Positions 51,406 to 61,670 of a stretch of DNA of 64,000 nt are shown piece after piece. Position 1 is the stretch's first letter, and every line of letters starts with the position of its first letter. The stretch lies in assembly GCA_963662545.2 (NCBI GenBank), contig CAXXLL010000003.1:2624001-2688000 (forward strand), given 5' to 3'. Source of the DNA: Gammaproteobacteria bacterium (GTDB lineage Bacteria; Pseudomonadota; Gammaproteobacteria; Ga0077536). Below the pieces are notes generated by a model, which was given only the letters and a program-made list of their open reading frames with translations, was not told the DNA's origin and made no database searches. Both the position numbers and the translations under genes were made by a program.

Positions 51406-52920
51406 ATGGAAGGCGGGAGGATGTACACCGTGGACCTATATCTGCGCGTTCGGCTGGCCTGCCATGTTGATGGTCTGAGCCAGCGAGAGGCGGCAAGTCG
51501 GTTTGGCATTGCGCGCGAGACGGTGAGGAAGATGCTGCGGCATTCGGAACCGCCGGGATATCGGCGACGCCAGCCACCGAAACGCCCGAAACGGGCCCCC
51601 TTCACGGATATCATCGACCGTATTCTGGAGGAGGACCGAACGGTTCACCGTAAGCAGCACCACACGGCGAAGCGTATATTCGAGCGCCTTCGCGACGAAC
51701 ATGGCTTCACGGGCAAAGAGACCATCGTGAAGGATTACGTTCGGGAACGGCGCCTTCGTCGGCGTGAGATGTTTGTGCCGTTGTCACATCCTCCGGGCCA
51801 TGCTCAAGCGGACTTTGGCGAGGCGGATGCGATCATCGCCGGCGTCAAGTATCGGGCGCATTTTTTCGTCATGACACTTCCCCACAGCGATGCCTGCTTC
51901 GTTGCGGCCTACCCGTCAGCGACGACGGAGGCCTGGCTGGACGGGCACAACAGAACCTTCGCCTTCTTCGGCGGTGTTCCCCGATCGATTCTCTACGACA
52001 ACGACAAGTGCCTGGTGTCGCGCATCTTGCCGGATGGCACGCGACAACGAACGCGAGCGTTCAGCGGACTGCAGTCCCATTACCTCTTCGAGGACCGTTA
52101 CGGCCGTCCCGGCAAGGGCAACGACAAAGGCAATGTTGAGGGGGTGGTTGGCTACGCCCGACGGAACTTCATGACGCCGCTTCCCCGGTTCGCGAGCTGG
52201 GACGCCTTCAACGCTTACCTGGAGGAACAATGCCGCAAACGGCAAGACGACGTCCTGCGCGGCCACCGCGAGAGCATCGGCGAACGGTTTGTGCGTGACC
52301 GCGAAGCGTTGAAGAGGCCACTGCCGGCACCGTTCGACGCGTGCGACAAGCAGGGCACGCGGGTCAACTCGCTGTCCCTGGTGCGCTACCGGACGAATGA
52401 CTATTCCGTGCCCGTCGCCTACGGCCATCAGGAAGTCTGGATCCGTGGCTATGTCCACGAGGTGGTTATCGGTTGCGGCGCCGGGATCATTGCCCGACAC
52501 CCCCGTTCCTACGACCGGGAAGATAGGGTCTTCGATCCGATCCACTACCTGCCTTTGCTGGAGCACAAGATCGGTGCCCTGGATCAGGCCGCGCCGCTAG
52601 CCGGATGGGAACTGCCTGATGCCTTCCCAACCCTGCGCCGTCTCCTGGAGGCGCGCATGGGCAAGGCCGGCAAGCGGGAATACGTCCAGGTCCTTCGGCT
52701 TCTGGAGACCTTCGATCTCGAGGTGCTTCACGGCGCGGTGAAGGACGCCCTGCGCCTGGGCGCGATCGGCTACGACGCCGTCAAACACCTTGTGCTGTGC
52801 CGTATCGAGCGACGCCCGCCCAAACTCGACCTGGATATCTATCCCTACCTGCCTCGGGCCAACGTGGCGACCACGGCCGCCGCCAGTTATATGAGCTTGT
52901 TGGGTGGAGGCGCGTCATGA
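51406..52920 (+). CDS. istA: IS21 transposase IstA
   Basis: N-terminal HTH, AQADFG, LYDN, KGNVE. Confidence 0.93.
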   Translation: MEGGRMYTVDLYLRVRLACHVDGLSQREAASRFGIARETVRKMLRHSEPPGYRRRQPPKRPKRAPFTDIIDRILEEDRTVHRKQHHTAKRIFERLRDEHGFTGKETIVKDYVRERRLRRREMFVPLSHPPGHAQADFGEADAIIAGVKYRAHFFVMTLPHSDACFVAAYPSATTEAWLDGHNRTFAFFGGVPRSILYDNDKCLVSRILPDGTRQRTRAFSGLQSHYLFEDRYGRPGKGNDKGNVEGVVGYARRNFMTPLPRFASWDAFNAYLEEQCRKRQDDVLRGHRESIGERFVRDREALKRPLPAPFDACDKQGTRVNSLSLVRYRTNDYSVPVAYGHQEVWIRGYVHEVVIGCGAGIIARHPRSYDREDRVFDPIHYLPLLEHKIGALDQAAPLAGWELPDAFPTLRRLLEARMGKAGKREYVQVLRLLETFDLEVLHGAVKDALRLGAIGYDAVKHLVLCRIERRPPKLDLDIYPYLPRANVATTAAASYMSLLGGGAS

Positions 52921-53687
52921 CCGATACGCCGCAAGTGTTGCTGGCCCATCACCTCAAGACCCTGAAACTGCCGACGTTCCTGCGCGAATACGACAAGCTG
53001 GCCCGCCAATGCGCCACCGAGGGCGCCGACCCTGTGCGGTATCTTGTCCGTCTGACCGAGTTGGAACTGATCGACCGTGAGCGCCGCATGGTCGAGCGGC
53101 GGATCAGACAGGCCAGGTTCCCCGCCGTCAAAAGCCTCGACAGCTTCGACTTCAAGGCCATCGCCTCGCTCAACAAGATGCTGGTTCTGGAGTTGGCGCG
53201 ATGCGAATACGTAGAGCGTCGTGAGAATATCATCGCGCTCGGCAACAGCGGAACCGGCAAGACCCATATCGCCCTCGGTCTCGGTCTGGCGGCCTGCCAA
53301 AAGGGGCTCTCCGTCGGCTTCATCACGGCCGCCGCCCTGGTTCATGAACTGATGGAGGCCAGGGATGAAAAACGCCTGTTGCGCCTGCAGAAGCAACTGG
53401 CAAAGTATCACCTTCTGATCATCGACGAACTCGGCTTCGTGCCGCTCTCGAAGACCGGCGCCGAGCTGCTGTTCGAAGTCTTCAGCCAGCGCTACGAGCG
53501 GGGCTCGATCATGGTGACCTCCAACTTGCCGTTCGATGAGTGGACGGAGATATTCGGCTCGGAACGTCTGACCGGGGCTTTGCTGGACCGCCTGACCCAC
53601 CCTGTCCATATCCTGGAAATGAACGGCGAGAGCTATCGTCTCAACCAAAGCCAAAAACGGCGGAAATCCCCAAATACGCCTGCTTGA
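52917..53687 (+). CDS. istB: IS21 helper ATPase IstB
   Basis: Walker A and B motifs; same protein as copy 1. Confidence 0.93.
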   Translation: MTDTPQVLLAHHLKTLKLPTFLREYDKLARQCATEGADPVRYLVRLTELELIDRERRMVERRIRQARFPAVKSLDSFDFKAIASLNKMLVLELARCEYVERRENIIALGNSGTGKTHIALGLGLAACQKGLSVGFITAAALVHELMEARDEKRLLRLQKQLAKYHLLIIDELGFVPLSKTGAELLFEVFSQRYERGSIMVTSNLPFDEWTEIFGSERLTGALLDRLTHPVHILEMNGESYRLNQSQKRRKSPNTPA

Positions 53688-53963
53688 CCACCGAACTCAA
53701 GGTTGACCCGGTGGGTCCACAGGAACCTCCCACGCTGCTTCGCTCCGCGTAACGCAAGCGCTACACGAAGCAGCGCGGGTCCCTCCTATGGACTACCGGG
53801 ACAACCCCCCAACACTGCGTACCGCATAACGTTAAGTGGACTAGTTTTGCTCCGCCCGGGTGGACTAATTTTGCTCCGCCGTTGACATCCGCCCGTCAAT
53901 ACAAGGTCGTCATGCCCGTACGCTAACCAGCCGGAGGCTTGGGCAGTACGGAAGCGTCAGGGT

Positions 53964-54140
53964 GTCAAAACCTCGGCGCCTCGCGCGCAGGCCCCAACAA
54001 GTGAGACACCGAGACCCATAGGTACTTAAGCCAAACGCCGACGTGGTTGGAGGACCCCCCTGGTGCTTCAAGCCAAAGGGTCCCATCGGCGACTCTTTCC
54101 ACATGCGCGATAAACTTAATTATCGCGTATCGGGAACCTG
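53964..54140 (+). repeat. ~180-bp non-coding direct repeat, copy 2
   Basis: Homologous to 21192-21372; contains ATGCGCGATAA-ACTTAA-TTATCGCGTAT at 54103-54130. Confidence 0.9.
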
Positions 54141-54619
54141 GTTCAGCCATGATGTGAGCGTCCGGGACGTGAGCCGGGGCCCGCGTCGACCGAGACCGAC
54201 AGGGGCCAGCAATACTGCGCACAGGGTGTCATCGAAGGGTCATGAGATTCTGCGCGCCAGGGTCGCCCGGGCCATCGCATGGGGCTATCGCCCCGCGGCC
54301 ACCGGCACGCCTTGCTCGCGGATCACGCGCTATCGCCGTCCGCTGCGAGGGCGGCTACTCGTCAAGGCGGCGCGGGAATTGCGGGGCCGTCTAGCTATGA
54401 CGGCTTTCAGCGAAGGGGTGTTGTCCGGCGTGTGCATCGACGCGCCGTTGAGTGAGCATGCACGACGGGGCGAGTATCCTGGTGGCTGGGCAGCTTCACG
54501 ACCTAAAGCATGCTCACGCATTGACCGGCTCCACTGGGGGGAGGCGGTTTGGCTGTCAATTTCAGGGCCTAAAACATTGTTAGAAGAGCTGCAACGTGGA
54601 GCCAAAACGGCGCTCACAG

Positions 54620-54680
54620 CCCAAACGGCGCCGATGAAAGACGCAATGGGCGCAATGGGCGCAATTTTGCAGGCCTTTTC
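54620..54680 (+). repeat. Iteron-like 9-bp tandem repeats homologous to 9736-9790
   Basis: AAGACGCAA-TGGGCGCAA-TGGGCGCAA preceded by CCAAACGGCGCCGATGA. Confidence 0.6.
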
Positions 54681-55111
54681 AGGGAGACAAGATAAAAGGC
54701 CTGTCAGCCGCGGTGAAGCATCATGCCCGGGCGTTGTGCCCCACGCCGCTCACGCTCTCAACCAGGATCGCATCGCAAGACTTGGCTCATCACGCCGGAC
54801 CTGCCCGCTGCCCAGCGCTCCTGGCGCGTCGGCACCCGTTGCGCAAACGCAGGCTTCAAACCCTGCCCGCACCGGCGGCAACGGTCATGCCGTTCGACAT
54901 CGCGCAGCGTCCATAGTACCGACCTCGTTGGGCACCTCAATTGCATCATCGCCCAGGGCCCGAGCGCACTGCGTCCGGGCCGCGGTACAATCCACCGCGT
55001 GCAGAAACTGCTGTCTCGCCGGGTTCCGCACCGAACGGGGTCGTCCCGATCTCGGCCCGTTGAGACATGACGCTGTGTTACCTGCGCCGTCCCCCTCAGA
55101 ATTTCGGCGAC

Positions 55112-55135
55112 GGGGTGATACATTGGTGATACAAA
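55112..55135. other. Putative integrase arm-type sites (attR side)
   Basis: GGGGTGATACATTGGTGATACAAA followed by an AT-rich tract; matches 6321-6344. Confidence 0.55.
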
Positions 55136-55210
55136 ATTTCTAGATTAACGAAGTTCGTCTCACAACTGATTGAATAATAATTTTTTTTGATACGAAATCG
55201 AATTATAAAT

Positions 55211-55564
55211 TCACTGATTATGAAACGGTTTGTAGCGCACCGTGGTCGAGCACAGGGCATTGAAAGCCCGTTGAATATCGGCAATGCAACCCGCCGAGTG
55301 CCCGCCGAAGCTTTCGATCAGGCTCACCGCTAAACGGAACGGCGTAATCTCCCGTTCACGCCGACAGAACCGCGTTGCACGCCCCAAATCGTTGAGCGTG
55401 CGCTCGCCTAGCGTGCGTTTTAACTGACGACTCACCGTGCTAATTTGTTTGTGCTCCATCCGATACTCCCAGATCATGATGTTGATTGATGTTGATTTCA
55501 TGATCTGATCGGGTGGAGCGCTTTTGGTTCCCTCTTTTCAACGGGTTATAAGATCCGACCTATG
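55211..55564 (-). mobile_element. IS4 family remnant: one end plus the transposase N-terminus (55211-55459)
   Basis: LG..T.FC.R.R.ITP..L...L, IADIQR.FN....V.YKPFHNQ then an abrupt stop; candidate end CATAGGTCGGATCTTA at 55564. Confidence 0.7.
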
Positions 55565-55572
55565 ATGGACGG

Positions 55573-56886
55573 CTAACTTCCCGGAGACGCATCCTTGCCC
55601 GGAGCTCTGCGTGCTCCGCCCGCGTCGGGCAACACGTAACGGACCTCGACATCCGGGGTCCTCACGGGCTTGCCATTGTCGATGCGCGGCCTGAATAAAG
55701 TTGCGGCCACGTGTTTGCGGGCTTTTCGCGCAATATCCTTTGAGCTGGCGGGCCTGGTTTTCACAATTTTGATGTTACGCGCTCGTCCTTTGCTGTCGAC
55801 ATCAAAGCGCGCGAGCGCATAGTTGCCCATGTTATCGAGTGTCATCAGCTTGGTCGTGGTGTCGGCGGCAGGGGTGAACTCGGGCAGCGCACGCGGCTGC
55901 AAAAATAGCGCGCTGGCAGGCTCCGCGCCGTCGGCGCGGAGCAAACGCTGCGCCTCCGCATACCGCTTTGCCGCTGTTTGAGGCCTGCTGAAGAGGAAGT
56001 GCCAGTCACCAAGCAGCGCTGCCGCGTGTGCCTCACCGCGCACATCACCAGCGCTGCGTTGTATCTCCATGGCCTCTTCCAAGGCGACGCGTCCGTCAAT
56101 GAAGCTGTGAATGAAGTGGTTCCGGCTCGAGATCGCGGCGTCGTTCTGGCGTTCGATAAATTCGCTCGTAGCCAGTTCTAAAGATGTGTTTATTCGTTGT
56201 GGCGTGCGGTTAACCATCCCATCGCTGGCGCCCGTCGATACGTATCGCACCATGTCGTAGGCGAGCGCAGCGCGCAAATTCAACATTTCCACCAGGCGTT
56301 GGTCACGTTCGCCGTAGGCCGAGGCGGCAACAACAAGTGCGTGTTCTGTGGCCTCCCAGCCCAACACGAGGTGGTCGTAGGGCGGCTGCGATGTCGGTAA
56401 CCGATGTGCTTCGCGCTTCCAGCGTGCGTAGCGCATCCAGATCTCAACCAACTGTTCGGCCATGTCGCGGGATTCGGGCGGATGCACCGACGCCAGAAGC
56501 TTGAAGTGCGCGTCAACCTGCTCCCAATTCCCCTGCGCACGGTGGCTTTCTATCAACAGGTCGATGATCGGTATCTGGCCGGGGTCATGAAGACCGAGGT
56601 GTGTGCGGCGGATCTGCAGCGCGTTCGAGAAGCTGTCTACGGCGCCGCCGTGATCGCTGGCGTTCCGTTGGGCGAGTCCGAGATCAAGCCAGTGCTCGGC
56701 GAGCGCGAAGCCGTCTCTACCGTGCTCGCCTTCGAGCTCGGCGATGTGAGCCTGATAGTCGGTGATCGAGGTGCGCGGCGCGGTATCGGACGCAATTGCC
56801 TTCCCATACGGCAACGGTTCGGCACTGGCATGCGCGGCGGCGATCAGGATGAGGAATACGGCTATTCGCGAACTCTGCTTGGACAT
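55573..56886 (-). CDS. Exported TPR-like protein with TonB C-terminal domain
   Basis: Signal peptide; helical repeats; FDVDSKGRARNIKIV...FRPRIDNGKPV. Confidence 0.82.
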   Translation of the reverse strand: MSKQSSRIAVFLILIAAAHASAEPLPYGKAIASDTAPRTSITDYQAHIAELEGEHGRDGFALAEHWLDLGLAQRNASDHGGAVDSFSNALQIRRTHLGLHDPGQIPIIDLLIESHRAQGNWEQVDAHFKLLASVHPPESRDMAEQLVEIWMRYARWKREAHRLPTSQPPYDHLVLGWEATEHALVVAASAYGERDQRLVEMLNLRAALAYDMVRYVSTGASDGMVNRTPQRINTSLELATSEFIERQNDAAISSRNHFIHSFIDGRVALEEAMEIQRSAGDVRGEAHAAALLGDWHFLFSRPQTAAKRYAEAQRLLRADGAEPASALFLQPRALPEFTPAADTTTKLMTLDNMGNYALARFDVDSKGRARNIKIVKTRPASSKDIARKARKHVAATLFRPRIDNGKPVRTPDVEVRYVLPDAGGARRAPGKDASPGS

Positions 56887-56923
56887 CGCGAGTGATTCTC
56901 TGTGTGCCTCAATTTTGACTGCT

Positions 56924-59347
56924 TCAACTACCGATCGTTCGTGTCTCGGCTTGTTCCGGTCCGAACGGCTGGAAGGTCATGATCAATACGGGCAACAGAA
57001 ACAGGTCGGCGATCAAGGCCGCGAGCACCGCGCCCGATAACAACAATCCGAAGCTGGCGAGGACGGCGAGGTCCGACCACAGATAGGTCAAAAACGCCAC
57101 GATGAGAATGATCGTGGTCGTGATCAAGGCCGGGCCGACACCCATCAATGCGCGTTTGAGTGAAACGCGGTAGTCGCCGTTGCGAGCGAATTCGACCTTA
57201 TAGCGATTGAGTAGATGAATGGTGTCGTCGACGGCAATGCCGATGGCGATGGTCGCCAACAGCAAGCGAAAAGAATCCAAGTTGATGCTCGCCAGGCCCA
57301 TGCAACCCAAGATGAAGATTATCGGTGTGAGATTGGCGATCATGGCCAGCACCCCGATCTTCACGCTGCCGTAGACCATGCAAATGAAACCGAAGATCAA
57401 AAGGAAAACCATGCTATAGCCTTGTATCTGGGACGTGCGGACATATTCGAAGATCCGCACCCACAGCACGCCTATGCCCGTCTTCTTGACTTCGACCCCG
57501 GCTACCGGACGCGCTTCGAGATAGGCGTCCAAATCGTCGAGTAATTCCCGCAGCACGCTCGAATCCGACCCTCTAATGCGTAGCTGTACGACCGTTTGCG
57601 ACGCATCGAAGTTGATGTAGTCGTTGATCTCCTCGCCGCCCGACAGCTGGTACAGGAACAAAAGCTGTGCCATCGCTTCGTGGTCGTCGGGCAGTCGGTA
57701 CCACGCGGGATCATCTTCGTGCAAAGCCTGGTTGAGGTCTCGGATAATTTCGACGATGTGCTGGCTTTTCTTCACGAGAGGTTTCGACTCGGCGTAGTCG
57801 GTAAAGTCCTCGATCAGCCGCAGCATCTGGGCGTTATTGATGCCGTCTGCCTTGCCCGTGTCAAAGATGTACACGGCGCTGATCCACCCACCCATGATCT
57901 CGTCCGCTTTCTCGATATTGCGCCGCATCTCCACGTGCGGCTTGAAATCTTCGAGCATATTGAAGTCCACGCTCAGCCGCGAGATGCCGATCAGCGAAAA
58001 GACCAAGATCAAGCACGACACCACAATCACGCCCTTGGGGTGCTCGAGATTAACTGCCACGACTTTCTCAAGGGCGCGCTCAATGACACGCACCGCGGGT
58101 TTGCTCTGCGGACTGGCGGCATCCAGGCTTCCCGGTTTTGTCAGCGCCGAATAACTGACCATCAAAGTCACGCTCAGCACGAAGGCGACGAGGACGCCGA
58201 ATCCGGCATAGATAGCCATCTCCGAGATGCCCTGCAACGATGACGTCGTCATCCCCAGCAGGCCGATGGCGGTCGTCAGCGCCGCTAGCAGGCACGGCGT
58301 ACCGACCTCCTCGATGGCCATGCGCGCGGCGGCGCTGGCGAGGTCTACGCGCCGGCGTGCGCGTTGATAAGCCAGCATGACGTGCACCGTTTGCGACACG
58401 CCAATCGCGCAGATCAAGGTGGGCACCATCATGAACATCATGCCCAGCGACCAACCCATCAAGCCGATGAACCCCACCGTCACCGCTATCGTGATCAGTA
58501 CGACCGTCAGCGGCGCGATCAAACCCGACAACGGGGTAGGGAACAGTAAGACGGCGACGAGCGCGATCAGCACGAGGGTGCCGAACGTTATGATCGGCGT
58601 ATCGAAGACGATGCGCTCGTTGTAGAGCGCATTGAACGGCACGTCGCCCGATATGTAGAACTTGATGTTGCTGTATTCGGGCCGCGCCATGATCTCATTG
58701 AGGACGTTATTCGCCGCCTGCGGATAAAGATTGTCCAGCCCGTCGCCGCCTAGTGGGTCGAGGCGGATGTCCTCCATCACGTCGGTGCTGGTCTTGGTCA
58801 TGTCGGCGATGATCGCGCCGTACTCGCCGTCGCGGCTGATCAAATTCCCGACGAACATCGGTTTTGAAAGGGCGATGTTGCGGAGCTTCACCAGCTCGTC
58901 CTGGTGCTCCGGGAAGCCGTAGAAGAGGTCGTGGATCTCGAGCAGGTCACCCGTCACTTCTATGAACTCCGTGTTGGCGAGGCTCGTAACTTTTCTCACG
59001 AACGGGACTTCGAGTTCGATGGCTTCGGTCAGCTTCGCGATCGTGCGCATCACCTCGATATCGAAGGGACCGTATTCGGTGTCGGGCGCGTGATAGAGGA
59101 TATAGATGGTTTCGTCCGAATAGAATTCTCGTTGGTACTCCATGTAGAACTGGTAAGTCGGATCGTCGTCGTTGAAAAACGAGTTCAATCCGTTATCGGC
59201 ATGCGTTTTAGACGCAAAGTAGACGCCGCCGCACGCCAGCACCACGGTCAACAGCAAGACGATCCTTTGATGCGTCGCCGACCAGGCCGCGATGTGCCCG
59301 AACTGTGTGTCGAGCCAGGTCAGGAAAGTGGTTTTTTGGTTCCGCAT
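56924..59347 (-). CDS. MMPL/RND family transporter
   Basis: Two membrane repeats; LTTAIG, IGIAVDDTIH, ADLFLLP. Confidence 0.9.
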   Translation of the reverse strand: MRNQKTTFLTWLDTQFGHIAAWSATHQRIVLLLTVVLACGGVYFASKTHADNGLNSFFNDDDPTYQFYMEYQREFYSDETIYILYHAPDTEYGPFDIEVMRTIAKLTEAIELEVPFVRKVTSLANTEFIEVTGDLLEIHDLFYGFPEHQDELVKLRNIALSKPMFVGNLISRDGEYGAIIADMTKTSTDVMEDIRLDPLGGDGLDNLYPQAANNVLNEIMARPEYSNIKFYISGDVPFNALYNERIVFDTPIITFGTLVLIALVAVLLFPTPLSGLIAPLTVVLITIAVTVGFIGLMGWSLGMMFMMVPTLICAIGVSQTVHVMLAYQRARRRVDLASAAARMAIEEVGTPCLLAALTTAIGLLGMTTSSLQGISEMAIYAGFGVLVAFVLSVTLMVSYSALTKPGSLDAASPQSKPAVRVIERALEKVVAVNLEHPKGVIVVSCLILVFSLIGISRLSVDFNMLEDFKPHVEMRRNIEKADEIMGGWISAVYIFDTGKADGINNAQMLRLIEDFTDYAESKPLVKKSQHIVEIIRDLNQALHEDDPAWYRLPDDHEAMAQLLFLYQLSGGEEINDYINFDASQTVVQLRIRGSDSSVLRELLDDLDAYLEARPVAGVEVKKTGIGVLWVRIFEYVRTSQIQGYSMVFLLIFGFICMVYGSVKIGVLAMIANLTPIIFILGCMGLASINLDSFRLLLATIAIGIAVDDTIHLLNRYKVEFARNGDYRVSLKRALMGVGPALITTTIILIVAFLTYLWSDLAVLASFGLLLSGAVLAALIADLFLLPVLIMTFQPFGPEQAETRTIGS

Positions 59348-59952
59348 TGAGCCCCCGGAACGGGAGCGTAGCGGAATCCGGGATCAAAATGCACGCAGAG
59401 GAGCGTTACTCGGTGATGTCGATGGGGATGCGAGTCACCGTAACGTCGAAAGCGATCGCTGCGTGATCTAGACGTAATGCCCGCTGGCCACCCAATTAAT
59501 TGGGCGGGTTAGAGGGTGTGGCGTAATCCGCTGTCAGGGGATCCCTTCGTCCCGGCCTGTTCGCGATGTTCCGATTGCGATCAGACGTCGAGCACCTCGG
59601 TCGGCGCGCACTTTGCAGACAATCGGTACCAAAGCGCATCGAGCGGGACATCTCGAGCGATTGGATCCATGACGATTCCTTAGATTGAAGTCTCCACCAC
59701 CCGGCGATGATACTTCGATGGTGGATTTGACCGCAGTTTTGACTGCAACCAAGAGCGATTCAGGCGTGTTTCGTGTTGTTCAAGTCAGCGTAAGGTTCTG
59801 ATTTCTAACGGTAGTGATCATTGGTGAACGCACGTGACATAATTAGAAAACCGACGATCACTGTCCCCACGCTTCGACATCGCTTCTCTCCGCGATCCGC
59901 ACCCACGGCACCAGGCTCACTACACTGACGACACCACCAAAAGGAGACCGGG

Positions 59953-61122
59953 ATGGCACTCGAGTTCGCGAGCCCCAAGGAACTTGGATTTGACGGAAGC
60001 CGCCTCGCGCTTGTCGAGGAGGCGATCGAACGCGATCTCGATGGCGAGGTTTACGACGGCGCCGCGTTGGCCGTTGGACGGCGGGGTCGCCTCGCGCTCT
60101 TCTCGGTGCAGGGCTATGCCCACCGGGAGTCTGGGCGCCGGCTGAAGGAAGACGATGTCTTTGTCTCCTTTTCCTCGGGCAAACAGTTCACCGTCGCCGC
60201 GGTCTTGGCCTTTGTGGAGCGGGGCCTGCTGCAACTCCATCAGCCGGTGGCGGACCTCCTTCCCGAATTTGCGATCAACGGAAAGCGGTCGATCTCGCTC
60301 TTCCACCTCCTCACCCACACGAGCGGGATCCCTCCGTTTCCGCCCCCGCTTCCGGGTGCCGACGCCACTCGTCTCGAAACGGTGGTGGCCGCGATCTGTC
60401 CGTGTATCCCCGAAACGCGGCCCGGTGAGGCGGTGAAGTACTCGATCCTCACCGCCCACGCACTCATGGCGGAGATGGTGCGCCGCGTCGATGGAGGCCG
60501 GCGGCGTTTTGGCGAGATTGTCCGGGAGGAGGTGTTTGCCCCGCTCGGGATGGAGGACACCGCACTCGGGATGCCCGACGCGCTGCGCGATCGCCTTTGC
60601 CCGGTGGTGGTGCGCGATCGCAGCCCGGGGCTCCTCGACCCGGATCTCGTCGAGGGCCTTGGCAACACCCTCGGTGCCGACAGTGAAGTGCCGGCCGGTG
60701 GCTATGTCACCACGCTCCGCGACTTCGCCCGGTTCGCCGAGGCGCTCCGTGGCGGTGGCGCAATCGATGGCCAGCGCATCCTCTCGCCGGCCACGCTCGA
60801 ACTCGCCACCCGCAACTGGACGGGCGCGATGCCCAATGACCTCTGGCACTACGCGGTCGATTCCAGAGGATGGCCCGTATTCCCGGCCTATCTCGGGCTC
60901 GGCTTCTTCCTGCGCGGTGAGGGCATCTTCCCCACACCCTTTGGCTCGCTGGCGACACCGCGCACGTTCGGCGGAGTGGGTGCCGGCTCGACCACCTTCT
61001 TTGTGGATCCCGTGCGCGATCTCTTCTACGCGTTCCTCTCGACGGGGCTCATCGAAGAGAGTCGCTCGATGGAACGCCACCAACGCCTGGCGGATCTGGT
61101 CCACGCCGCCGTGGTCAACTGA
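59953..61122 (+). CDS. Serine hydrolase, beta-lactamase class C/EstB-like
   Basis: AAGGAG RBS; SxxK (SSGK), LLTHTSG, PG....YS. Confidence 0.9.
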   Translation: MALEFASPKELGFDGSRLALVEEAIERDLDGEVYDGAALAVGRRGRLALFSVQGYAHRESGRRLKEDDVFVSFSSGKQFTVAAVLAFVERGLLQLHQPVADLLPEFAINGKRSISLFHLLTHTSGIPPFPPPLPGADATRLETVVAAICPCIPETRPGEAVKYSILTAHALMAEMVRRVDGGRRRFGEIVREEVFAPLGMEDTALGMPDALRDRLCPVVVRDRSPGLLDPDLVEGLGNTLGADSEVPAGGYVTTLRDFARFAEALRGGGAIDGQRILSPATLELATRNWTGAMPNDLWHYAVDSRGWPVFPAYLGLGFFLRGEGIFPTPFGSLATPRTFGGVGAGSTTFFVDPVRDLFYAFLSTGLIEESRSMERHQRLADLVHAAVVN

Positions 61123-61213
61123 GCGCGCGCCCGCGAGGCCGCGCCTGGAAGCGAGTAAGACGGTCCGCTTCGCTAGAGGGCGGAGAGCCTCATCCAAGAG
61201 CCAGCGCGATGCC

Positions 61214-61462
61214 TTAGGCGTGGACGCGGCGGCGCGAGGCGATGGCGGTGAGGCCGAGCCCCAGCAATATGGCGGTTGAAGGCTCCGGCACCACTTTGGG
61301 TGTGCCAAAGACGTCGGCTTTGCCGTCGTGGTACTCGCCGAAGCGCAGATCGACCGAGAAGGCCCCTTGGTCGGGCTGGGCCTGGGCAAAAACGACCCAG
61401 ACCATCGTCCATTCAAAGAGCAGGTCGGCCGCGACGGAGAGGTTGGTCGGCTCGTATATTTT
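61214..61462 (-). pseudogene. PEP-CTERM protein C-terminal fragment
   Basis: VPEPSTAILLGLGLTAIASRRR sorting signal; frame closed upstream by TGA. Confidence 0.7.
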
Positions 61463-61670
61463 TCACGCCGTCCATCGGCTTGCGGTCGGCTGTCGGTGGG
61501 ACTAGCGAATAGCGCCCGAACAGTATCGCGGCTTCCGGATCCACACACGCCATGGGTTCATGGCGCACCTGTCGCCGCGCGCCCGGCGCGGCGGCTGAGG
61601 GATTCGGTTTGGCCGGTGTGCGCGACAAGATTGCGCGCCGACCGGGTCAGCGGGTCGGAAGGCGCCGGTC

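Larger units (their letters stand above)
51307..53887 (+). mobile_element. IS21 family element, copy 2 (intact)
   Basis: Same ends as copy 1; uninterrupted istA and istB; no TSD. Confidence 0.94.

Noticed and set aside
54043-55143. 366-aa ORF
   Set aside because: No recognisable domain or RBS; it runs through repeat, iteron and att-like sequence, so probably spurious
59953-61122. Antibiotic-resistance beta-lactamase
   Set aside because: No signal peptide and no KTG motif; it fits cytoplasmic EstB-like esterases
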